Position numbers and translations under genes: made by a program. A stretch of 64,000 nucleotides of DNA from Bacteroidota bacterium (lineage in GTDB: Bacteria; Bacteroidota; Bacteroidia; Bacteroidales; FEN-979): the NCBI GenBank assembly GCA_026391775.1, contig JAPLDK010000075.1, forward strand, positions 89-64,088, written 5' to 3'. Shown here piece after piece: positions 56,904 to 64,000 of the stretch. How positions within the stretch are numbered: the stretch's first letter is position 1; each line of letters starts with the position of its first letter. The notes beneath the pieces are model-generated. The model searched no databases. It was given only the letters and a program-made list of their open reading frames with translations, and had not been told where the DNA came from.

Positions 56904-57629
56904 ATGAATAATACTTTTTTCAACGCTTATGAAGATGCTGCATGCGCTGAGACTTATGCAACACTCGATTTTCCGGGTACTTATTACCTTGCCTTCCGTG
57001 ATATTCCCGTTCTCATTGCAAAATACGTCAAAGGCAGACAGGCACTCGATTTCGGCTGCGGGGCCGGGAGGTCCACCAGGTTCCTGAAGAACCTTGGCTT
57101 TGAAGCCTGGGGCGTCGATATCTCTGCCCGTATGCTGTCGGAGGCTTTCAGGATTGATCCCAAAGGTGATTATTTCCAGGTAAAGGATGATGACCTGTCA
57201 GGAATAGCAGACTTGTCGATGGATCTTGTTTTTTCCGCCTTTACCTTCGACAATATCCCATCTGAGGAAAATAAATTAAAGCTCTTTGAGGAATTCGGCA
57301 GGATACTCAGACCTGATGGGATTTTCATCAACCTTGTATCAAACCCTGAGATCTATATTAATGAATGGGCATCCTTTACCACAAAGGACTTTCCGGAGAA
57401 CCACCTGGCAAGGACGGGTGAGATAGTCCGCATCATCAACACTTCCGCCGGCCATACTCTGCCGGTACAGGATATTCTTTTCCCTGATTGGGATTATAAA
57501 AGGCTCTACTATGCTACAGGATTGACCCTGCTTGAAACCCACCGCCCGCTTGGGAAGCAGGCAGAGCCATTCACCTGGATCAGTGAAACAAATATTCCAC
57601 CCTGGGCCATTTTCGTACTTTCTACCTGA
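56904..57629 (+). CDS. class I SAM-dependent methyltransferase
   Basis: Motif I (ALDFGCGAGRST) and post-I/II motifs. It starts 4 nt after the regulator stop. Confidence 0.8.
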   Translation: MNNTFFNAYEDAACAETYATLDFPGTYYLAFRDIPVLIAKYVKGRQALDFGCGAGRSTRFLKNLGFEAWGVDISARMLSEAFRIDPKGDYFQVKDDDLSGIADLSMDLVFSAFTFDNIPSEENKLKLFEEFGRILRPDGIFINLVSNPEIYINEWASFTTKDFPENHLARTGEIVRIINTSAGHTLPVQDILFPDWDYKRLYYATGLTLLETHRPLGKQAEPFTWISETNIPPWAIFVLST

Positions 57630-58221
57630 GGATTGCGGCAATTGGGATCATCTCCTCTTCCTCCGGCTCCCGCATGGCATTGATAAGTTTGCAGCCCAGG
57701 TATTGATCCAGGTCTTCCGGCCTGATGTCTCTGGCCATTATTGTTCCTTCTGACAGAAGCCAGGCACGGCAAGTCCCCTCAAGGAGTGGTTTCGCAGGGG
57801 TATACCAGTGTTTCCCGTCAAAAAAAATCAGGTTGGAAATACTGGTGTCGGTGATCAGCCCGCCCTTCACAATAATTATATCATCGCAATCTCCCCGTAA
57901 ATCGAAAAGCGCCTCAATCGCCTTCCTGTCGTAATACTTCAGATGGTAATCAAAGGAGGCGGCATACATTAGCTTAAGGCTTCTTACCGGTCGTTTCACA
58001 TGAGGCCTGAAGGTGATCTCAATGAGATCCTTTTCATAGATAACTTTGCAGCGCAGCGTACCGTTCGTGTATTCTGAAGGGACTTTCAGAATACGGTCCA
58101 GCCCAAAGCCCTCAGCAATACCCCATAATTCCTGCCTTGCACTTGCTATCCTTGCTTCATGCCATGGCAGATGCAGTGGCTGCCCGTTTTCAATCCATAT
58201 GGTTTCAAACAAGCGGCACAT
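57622..58221 (-). CDS. pabC: aminotransferase class IV family protein, probable aminodeoxychorismate lyase
   Basis: Short (199 aa) fold-type-IV pattern. It overlaps the 3' end of pabB by 17 nt, so context supports the call. Confidence 0.62.
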   Translation of the reverse strand: MCRLFETIWIENGQPLHLPWHEARIASARQELWGIAEGFGLDRILKVPSEYTNGTLRCKVIYEKDLIEITFRPHVKRPVRSLKLMYAASFDYHLKYYDRKAIEALFDLRGDCDDIIIVKGGLITDTSISNLIFFDGKHWYTPAKPLLEGTCRAWLLSEGTIMARDIRPEDLDQYLGCKLINAMREPEEEEMIPIAAILR

Positions 58222-59206
58222 ACACTTTTGCTATGAGTTCCTGATACTCGCTTTCACAATCGCTCAGTGCCGTTATTCCACCCCCGCTTCTGAATCTCAG
58301 CCTGCCATCTGCTTTTTCAATAAAGCGTATCATTACTGCGGATGAAAAATCCCGGCCATTGAAATACCCGAAAATGCCGGTGTAAAAACCCCGTTCATCC
58401 GCCTCGGCTTCTTTAATGATCTGAACTGTTTTTTCTTTGGGCGCACCGCTGATAGAACCTGCCGGCAGCAAGGTGAAAATATCCTCCCCCAGATGCTCCA
58501 GGTAGCCGGCGGGTAACTTCCCGCTGATCTCCGAGCTCATCTGCAACAGGTCCTTCCGGTTTGTACCGATCTTTTCGATATAACGGAAGCGATCGACTGT
58601 TACCGAAGTTGCTATCATAGAAAGGTCGTTTCGGATAAGGTCCACTATGGTATTATGTTCGAAAAACTCTTTTTTGTCGCTCAGCAACCTGGACTCCGCG
58701 TCGGGAATTGAAGCGTCAATTGTGCCTTTCATCGGGTTTGAGCGGATGATGCCGTCGTTAATCCTGATAAAAGGTTCGGGCGAAAACACTGTAAAATGAT
58801 CACCAAACAACAACTTATAGGGTGCGTGGCTTAGTTCGAAAATATTCCGAAGGCTGAGTTCTGTCTGCAGTTCCGTGGGAAATGTAAGATTGATCAGGTA
58901 AGTGTCGCCCCTCTTAAGGTGCCAGCTGATCTTTTCGAATGCATGCTGGTAGGTTTCGAATTCAATTGGCCGGGGAATAAAGCTGAACTTCCGTGAAAGC
59001 CCGGTCCCCCGCATGAAATTCCCATCAGGCCCCGCCCATGAACTGAAATTCCCCTCACCGCCGATCCGGAAAAAAATCTTATTGGCCCTGGCCTCAGACT
59101 CAGTGAGCACGACCGTGTGAAGGCCTTCAAAATCGGTCACGAACAGGAAGGGGACCTTGTTAACGGCATATTCGTTAATTTTACCGATCGCATCATCCTT
59201 TCGCAT
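58205..59206 (-). CDS. pabB: aminodeoxychorismate synthase component I (short chorismate-binding type)
   Basis: Chorismate-binding motifs (SPEPFIRI.., NPMKGT, GSISGAPK, RGFYTGIFGY). The track start at 59278 is TTG, and the first ATG is 59206 (MRKDDAIGKINEY). Confidence 0.8.
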   Translation of the reverse strand: MRKDDAIGKINEYAVNKVPFLFVTDFEGLHTVVLTESEARANKIFFRIGGEGNFSSWAGPDGNFMRGTGLSRKFSFIPRPIEFETYQHAFEKISWHLKRGDTYLINLTFPTELQTELSLRNIFELSHAPYKLLFGDHFTVFSPEPFIRINDGIIRSNPMKGTIDASIPDAESRLLSDKKEFFEHNTIVDLIRNDLSMIATSVTVDRFRYIEKIGTNRKDLLQMSSEISGKLPAGYLEHLGEDIFTLLPAGSISGAPKEKTVQIIKEAEADERGFYTGIFGYFNGRDFSSAVMIRFIEKADGRLRFRSGGGITALSDCESEYQELIAKVYVPLV

Positions 59207-59774
59207 GAAGATATTGCTGCTCGATAACCACGATTCTTTCACTTTCAACCTCGTTGAACTTCTGCGTAATAATGGCAAAGTTAGCTTTAATGTGATTAAA
59301 TCGGATGAACTGCAGCTTTCAACAGTTTCCTCTTACGATAAGATCATCTTTTCCCCCGGCCCCGGCCTGCCTGAGGAACAGCCTGCAATGTTCGATATCC
59401 TCAGGGAATACGGCGATAAAAAATCCATTCTCGGTATCTGCTTCGGCCTTCAGGCCATTGCCTTGTTTTACGGGGGGGAATTGTTCAACCTGCCAAAAGT
59501 GGTCCACGGACAGCCACGCATCCTGAATATCATCAGTCCGGATCATTTTATTTTCAATGGGATCCTCCAAGGCACGTCAGTCGGGCTTTATCACTCCTGG
59601 GCAATTTCAGAATCCTCCCTTCCATCCTGCCTTGATGTCATCGTCCGTTCCAATGAAGGTGTGATTATGGGGTTGGCTCATAAAAAGTATGATGTGTGCG
59701 GATTGCAGTTTCACCCGGAATCGGTCATTACAACCTTTGGACAGAAAATGATGGATAACTGGCTCGCAGGATGA
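59205..59774 (+). CDS. pabA: aminodeoxychorismate/anthranilate synthase component II (glutamine amidotransferase)
   Basis: Canonical N-terminus MKILLLDNHDSFTFNLV. Catalytic Cys region (ILGICFGLQA) and the HPES motif (LQFHPESV). The track start at 59157 is TTG, and the first ATG is 59205. Confidence 0.85.
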   Translation: MKILLLDNHDSFTFNLVELLRNNGKVSFNVIKSDELQLSTVSSYDKIIFSPGPGLPEEQPAMFDILREYGDKKSILGICFGLQAIALFYGGELFNLPKVVHGQPRILNIISPDHFIFNGILQGTSVGLYHSWAISESSLPSCLDVIVRSNEGVIMGLAHKKYDVCGLQFHPESVITTFGQKMMDNWLAG

Positions 59775-59797
59775 TCCCCTTTGCTGATCCCGGGAGA

Positions 59798-60796
59798 TCA
59801 GATGGTAAATGAAACCCCCATCGTAACCGAATACATATAATACGGCAAATAAAATGTGACCTGGTTGCGGTCGTGCTGCATGTAATACCTCAGATCCATC
59901 GCCAGCCATTTCAACAACTTAAAATTCATGATGGTTTCAACCGTTAAACAGGGATAAGGGGTTTTGAAATCCGCAGAGACATCATAAAGCTCTATGCCTT
60001 TAAAATTGCTTACAAAAGGCTGCTGGTACGACACTATGATATTCATGTCGAAGATCTTTCCGAAAGTCCCGTTAAAACTCAGGTAAGCCGCAGCCCTTAA
60101 GCCATTGCGCCAGGCAAAACCGGAGCCTGAAGGGTCAAGCTTTTTAATATCGGCCGAGATGACCTGCCATTGCTCATCGGTCCACCAGCCCTCATAATCA
60201 GGCGGAAGCAGGTCGTACCTGTCCCATTGGTAAAGCAATCCCACACCCGACTGTATCCTGATCTTCGGCCTCTCGAGGATCAGCGGGACGGCATAGATAC
60301 CCGCCTGCCAGCGTGCATTGATCCCCCTATCCTCATCGAACTGGAACATCCCGAAAGGTTCCATGCTTATTTTACTCTTGACCAGTTTGCCGTCGGCATA
60401 CCTGTGATTGAAGAGGTTTGAATGAACAAAAACGTAACCGGTATTGTTGGTTGAACGTATCCTGAGCCCCTGGTAATTGATCACCCCTGAGACTTCATAT
60501 AAATTATGTGAATCCTGCAGAAGCCCGGAAGCATTGGAAGTCAGGTACAGATATTGCAGTGCGTCTTCAAGAAAATAAAATCCAAGGTAAAGATTGCCGG
60601 TGGGCCGGCCTTTTTTCAGGGTGTCGAGATACTGCTTGTTAAACGTACAAACCTGTGCCTGGGAAGCCAGGTTCATGCAAAGAATAGTAATAACAAAAAA
60701 GATACTGACGGTAAGCCTGGGTTTTTTCAAAGGTTTACAGAGTATCCTCTTTTGATAAATTCCATATGAACCTGGATGATTGAGGTACTTTCCCAT
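59798..60796 (-). CDS. putative outer-membrane beta-barrel protein, unknown function
   Basis: Signal-like segment (LTVSIFFVITILCMNLASQAQ) and an aromatic-rich alternating pattern. The C-terminus is MGVSFTI. The start is uncertain. Confidence 0.45.
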   Translation of the reverse strand: MGKYLNHPGSYGIYQKRILCKPLKKPRLTVSIFFVITILCMNLASQAQVCTFNKQYLDTLKKGRPTGNLYLGFYFLEDALQYLYLTSNASGLLQDSHNLYEVSGVINYQGLRIRSTNNTGYVFVHSNLFNHRYADGKLVKSKISMEPFGMFQFDEDRGINARWQAGIYAVPLILERPKIRIQSGVGLLYQWDRYDLLPPDYEGWWTDEQWQVISADIKKLDPSGSGFAWRNGLRAAAYLSFNGTFGKIFDMNIIVSYQQPFVSNFKGIELYDVSADFKTPYPCLTVETIMNFKLLKWLAMDLRYYMQHDRNQVTFYLPYYMYSVTMGVSFTI

Positions 60797-60843
60797 GCCG
60801 GAAAATCTTTTGCACTTATAAAAGTAGCAAAATTTCCTTCATG

Positions 60844-61554
60844 TCACCATTGCATGGACACTTCTATGAGCAGAATATCAGAATCTTTTAAAGCCTTTAT
60901 GCTGATTTCTGATGCTTCGGAAATCCCCATACCGTCCCGGGTTTCCAGCCTTGTGCCTTCCGTTTCGGCCGATCCGTCAATAATAAAAATATAAGCGCCA
61001 TGTGATTTGTCATGGAGGGTATAGCTTGTGTTTTTGTCTGCGGATAAGCTGATCCTCGAGAACCAGGTTTTCTGGTTCAGCAAGAGGGCTCCTGGTTCAT
61101 CGGGTGAAACCAGCCTCTGCCATTTATCTTTCCTATCTGCCGGGTCAAATGCCTTTTGGTCATACCTGGGCGTGAGGTTCTTCACGGAAGGAAAAACCCA
61201 GATCTGGAAAAGCTTCACCGGAACTTTTTTATCAGCATTGTATTCCGAGTGAAAGATCCCAGTGCCGGCACTCATCACCTGAACCTCATTCGGCCTGATC
61301 TGTTCGATATGCCCCATGCTGTCCTTATGCTCCAGCGTGCCTTCCAGCACAATGGTGGTGATTTCCATATTATCATGTGGATGGCGGTCGAACCCGCCGC
61401 CTCCATCAATAAAATCGTCATTGAACACCCTCAATGCCCCGAAATGAACCCTTCCGGCATCATAATAGTTGGCAAAACTGAAAGTGTAATGGGTGTCGAG
61501 CCAGCCGTAGTTCGAATGGCCACGGCTGTTTCCCCTGTGTATGATGGTTTTCAT
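60844..61554 (-). CDS. pirin-family protein
   Basis: Cupin metal motif (FDRHPHDNMEITTIVLEGTLEHKDS) and GTGIFHSE, 236 aa. Confidence 0.9.
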   Translation of the reverse strand: MKTIIHRGNSRGHSNYGWLDTHYTFSFANYYDAGRVHFGALRVFNDDFIDGGGGFDRHPHDNMEITTIVLEGTLEHKDSMGHIEQIRPNEVQVMSAGTGIFHSEYNADKKVPVKLFQIWVFPSVKNLTPRYDQKAFDPADRKDKWQRLVSPDEPGALLLNQKTWFSRISLSADKNTSYTLHDKSHGAYIFIIDGSAETEGTRLETRDGMGISEASEISIKALKDSDILLIEVSMQW

Positions 61555-61571
61555 AAAACCTCCTTATTTGT

Positions 61572-61709
61572 TTACTGAACTTTTGCAAGTTCCACATTAA
61601 GCGCAAGCTTCACTTCATCGGCCACGGTCGAGATGACGAGGTGCTTTACTTTAAAAATGATCTGTGTGTGATATGGGTCAATTGCCCATTTTGTTTTAAC
61701 TGTTTCCAT
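61572..61709 (-). pseudogene. 45-codon YceI-like N-terminal remnant
   Basis: METVKTKWAIDPYHTQIIFKVKHLVISTVADEVKLALNVELAKVQ*. The first ~29 aa fit my remembered YceI N-terminal pattern (W.ID..HS.I.F.V.HL.IS.V). Full-length YceI is ~170-190 aa. It is below the ORF-track length cut-off. Confidence 0.4.
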
Positions 61710-61727
61710 GTTTTTTGTTTTATGCCG

Positions 61728-61735
61728 CAAAATTA
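61728..61735 (-). promoter_or_regulatory. -7 promoter box TAATTTTG (minus strand)
   Basis: TAnnTTTG match 19 nt upstream of the ATG of the YceI-like remnant. Confidence 0.4.
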
Positions 61736-61763
61736 CCCCGGCAATTCTTTACCGGAAAGGTAT

Positions 61764-61795
61764 AAATCATGGTTTGCATTGGAAAAATCATGGTT
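61764..61795. repeat. 11-nt direct repeat AAATCATGGTT x2, 21 bp apart
   Basis: Copies at 61764-61774 and 61785-61795, between the GHMP-kinase stop and the promoter box of the yceI-remnant/pirin unit. Confidence 0.6.
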
Positions 61796-61822
61796 CCGGG
61801 ATTTTTTAGCTTTGGAGATGCT

Positions 61823-62836
61823 TTATCCCGCATCCTGAATCCAAAATCGGCGCGAAGCGCCTTGATCCACATACTTATCATGATGCTTATTTATATGTTC
61901 TACATTAATTGTTTCCAGTCCTTCAACCCTCATAGTTTCAGAAGCCTTTACCGGATTGCCGGAAAACCCCAACAGAAATCCTCCGCCTCCCGATCCGCAA
62001 ATCTTAAGGTAAAAACTGTCATTCTTCAACCCAACGGACCATATTTCACGCATGTTTCCGGGTATCAGCCGGCTCATATTCACCAGCTGAAACTCCGAAA
62101 GTTCTTTCATTGCCATGGCAAATCCGGCCTTATCGTCACCAAGCCATGTATTGACACAAAAATTATTCAGGCTGATCAGTTCTTTTCCCTGAACAGACTG
62201 CCGGCTTTTGCCAAAAAAGTCTTTCAAAAAATTCCGGACCTGTTCCGCCGTTCCGGCTTCTGTTCCTGTATTGACAAGGAACACCGAAGCAAGGGCTTTC
62301 ACATCCCCGGGGAATGAAACCTGCTTGATCGCTCCGTCACCGAAGAGTAAAAGTGGTTGGTCCAGGTAAGAGAGCAGGGCGTCGAATCCGGAGCTCCTAA
62401 GGTGGAACCAGGATTCCATGGTAATAAATGTATTCCTCAGCGACCGCCAGTTCCCGTTGACTTGTCCCGCCCAGGAGATTACAGGGTCAAAGGCATAATG
62501 CCCGTAAATGGCGGCACAGAGGGCGCCGGAACTTCCCAACCCCCTTTTAACGGGAATGTCCGATTCAATGCAAAGGCCTTCCCCTATATCCTTTCCAAGC
62601 TTTTCCATGTCAATGACCGTGTGAAGGCCCGGCTGCAGTATCAGATAACTCTCATAATACTGTTTGAGGATGGCGTTACTCCTCTGATCCCGACTGCCCG
62701 GTCGCTTCAGGTCATCGCCTGCTGATATCCCGGCTTTATAAGGTCTGTAAGGAATTCCCAGGGCCAGCGAACCCATCATCAGGGAATATTCCCCGAACAG
62801 CAGAATCTTGGAATGATATGTGCGCATTTCATTCAT
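61823..62836 (-). CDS. GHMP-family kinase of the mevalonate pathway (mevalonate or phosphomevalonate kinase-like)
   Basis: ILLFGEYSLMMG N-terminus and GHMP motif (KRGLGSSGALCAA). It overlaps the decarboxylase gene by 8 nt. Confidence 0.72.
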   Translation of the reverse strand: MNEMRTYHSKILLFGEYSLMMGSLALGIPYRPYKAGISAGDDLKRPGSRDQRSNAILKQYYESYLILQPGLHTVIDMEKLGKDIGEGLCIESDIPVKRGLGSSGALCAAIYGHYAFDPVISWAGQVNGNWRSLRNTFITMESWFHLRSSGFDALLSYLDQPLLLFGDGAIKQVSFPGDVKALASVFLVNTGTEAGTAEQVRNFLKDFFGKSRQSVQGKELISLNNFCVNTWLGDDKAGFAMAMKELSEFQLVNMSRLIPGNMREIWSVGLKNDSFYLKICGSGGGGFLLGFSGNPVKASETMRVEGLETINVEHINKHHDKYVDQGASRRFWIQDAG

Positions 62837-63908
62837 ACATCAATTGTTTCCCCGTTCCCGGTATACGGAATGGACCCTGTCCGCAATGATCAGGGATATA
62901 ACGCTGATCGGGGCAGAACGGAAGAAGCTCGGTACTGATAAAATCGCCCACTGTTGCAGAATAATCCAGGGGATAAAGCAGATGAACGTTGGGGCCGGCA
63001 TCCAGGCTGAAGCAGACAGGCATGCCTTGCTTCCTCGCATCCCTGATCCTGTTCATGATCTGAAGTGATTCAGGGAGCATAAGTATGTTATTGCCTGCGG
63101 ATGTCATGATGAGTGAATGCAGGCTGATTGCCTCATGTTCGCATATACGGGCAAATTTTTCAAAGTCGCCCTTTCCCATTGCATCCAGGCATTCTTTAAG
63201 GTTTTTATTGGCCTGCAGGTATCTTGCTCCGGCAAAAGGATGGGCATCCATCAGTGCGTGTCCGCCGGTACTGGAAATTGATTTGGCTTTGCCGGATACG
63301 ATAAGAATTGCATCCTGCAGACTAAGGAAATCACGATGTATTCCCGATCGCAGGGGGACTGCCTTTTCATCGGATGAACCGGGGACCAGGGGGGTTTCTC
63401 CCCATACAGTAAACCCTCCGTAAACCGAACGGCTTGCACTGCCCGATCCCATCCTGGAAACCCGGGATGCCATCCGCAGAAATTCATCATTACCATGGTC
63501 CTCTCCTGTGATCATGCGGGCCAGGTCAAGAAGGCAGAGTGAAAATGCCGATATGCCTGAAGCAGATGAAGCAATGCCGGCAGAGGAAGGGAAACTGTTG
63601 GTCGTATCAATTTCGTACGAATAGCCCTCAATCGCCGGCAGAAGCGGTTTCAGCCAGATAAGCAGTTTCCTCATTTTAGGGATAAATGAATGGTTGCTAT
63701 CGCCATTCACAGAAATGATGGCGGCGGGTTCCCTGCCGGGAACAGCCCTGACGGTGGTCCTGCTTACAGCCCTGCTCAGGGTCATGCTGAGGGAAGGGTT
63801 GGCAGGCAGTTGAACTCCTCTTTTCCCCCAGTATTTGATAAACGCTATGTTTGACGGGCTTTCCCAGGAAACACTAAGTGTTTTGCCATTAAGGGGGGTG
63901 GAAGGCAA
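62829..63908 (-). CDS. mvaD: diphosphomevalonate decarboxylase (5' end uncertain)
   Basis: SPSNIAFIKYWGKR, SSAGIASSASG and GSGSASRS motifs. The track start at 63908 is TTG. The frame stays open upstream to the window edge (..ISKVYSWNEICYDNTKTATGLSFSQN-LPSTP..), so the true start may lie beyond 64000. Confidence 0.85.
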   Translation of the reverse strand: MPSTPLNGKTLSVSWESPSNIAFIKYWGKRGVQLPANPSLSMTLSRAVSRTTVRAVPGREPAAIISVNGDSNHSFIPKMRKLLIWLKPLLPAIEGYSYEIDTTNSFPSSAGIASSASGISAFSLCLLDLARMITGEDHGNDEFLRMASRVSRMGSGSASRSVYGGFTVWGETPLVPGSSDEKAVPLRSGIHRDFLSLQDAILIVSGKAKSISSTGGHALMDAHPFAGARYLQANKNLKECLDAMGKGDFEKFARICEHEAISLHSLIMTSAGNNILMLPESLQIMNRIRDARKQGMPVCFSLDAGPNVHLLYPLDYSATVGDFISTELLPFCPDQRYIPDHCGQGPFRIPGTGKQLMYE

Positions 63909-64000
63909 GTTTTGGGAAAAACTGAGACCTGTTGCCGTTTTCGTGTTATCATAGCATATCTCATTCCAGGAATAGACCTTGCTGATCCCGTACGATTCAA

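Overview
This 64-kb chromosomal window reads as a Bacteroidota (Bacteroidetes) genome. It holds about 58 protein genes, one tRNA-Phe(GAA) and two gene remnants. I see no rRNA, CRISPR array, transposase, integrase, phage or recognisable defence genes. The phylum call rests on two things. First, gene orders that I recall as typical of the phylum: coaX-OMP-lptC-ppiD, ileS-dksA/traR-lspA, DUF177-rpmF-plsX-fabH, a split atpD-atpC pair, and a short glycogen-synthase-like gene followed by DUF4270 and glmS. Second, a TAnnTTTG box lies about 18-40 nt upstream of many start codons. Content is mostly housekeeping: translation, ATP synthase, lipid and envelope biogenesis, folate/PABA, two mevalonate-pathway genes, an RND efflux pump and two-component signalling. 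I found no convincing new multi-gene system, and most of the window is ordinary. The items I think deserve a second look are listed here. (1) A 1077-aa single-chain fusion of 2Fe-2S, FAD/NAD, 2x[4Fe-4S], BFD-like and DAO modules that are normally separate subunits, lying tail-to-tail with a PutA-type proline dehydrogenase. (2) An Ldh_2-family gene bracketed by inverted AAGTAGCGA..GTAGCGAAAT repeats that also supply the TAG stops of both flanking genes, with a TTACGAT heptamer array in its upstream region and related CG-cored words in other intergenic gaps. (3) pabA and pabB diverging from overlapping start codons (CATG). (4) A decayed CBM48-like glycogen-binding gene in an AT-rich patch next to tRNA-Phe. 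(5) A 79-nt nested GC-rich hairpin between convergent genes. (6) A YceI-like N-terminal remnant with its own promoter box upstream of pirin. All homology calls come from motif recognition and memory, not from searches. Coordinates come from the ORF track plus manual counting. The ORF track uses TTG/GTG starts, so several starts were moved to the first plausible ATG.
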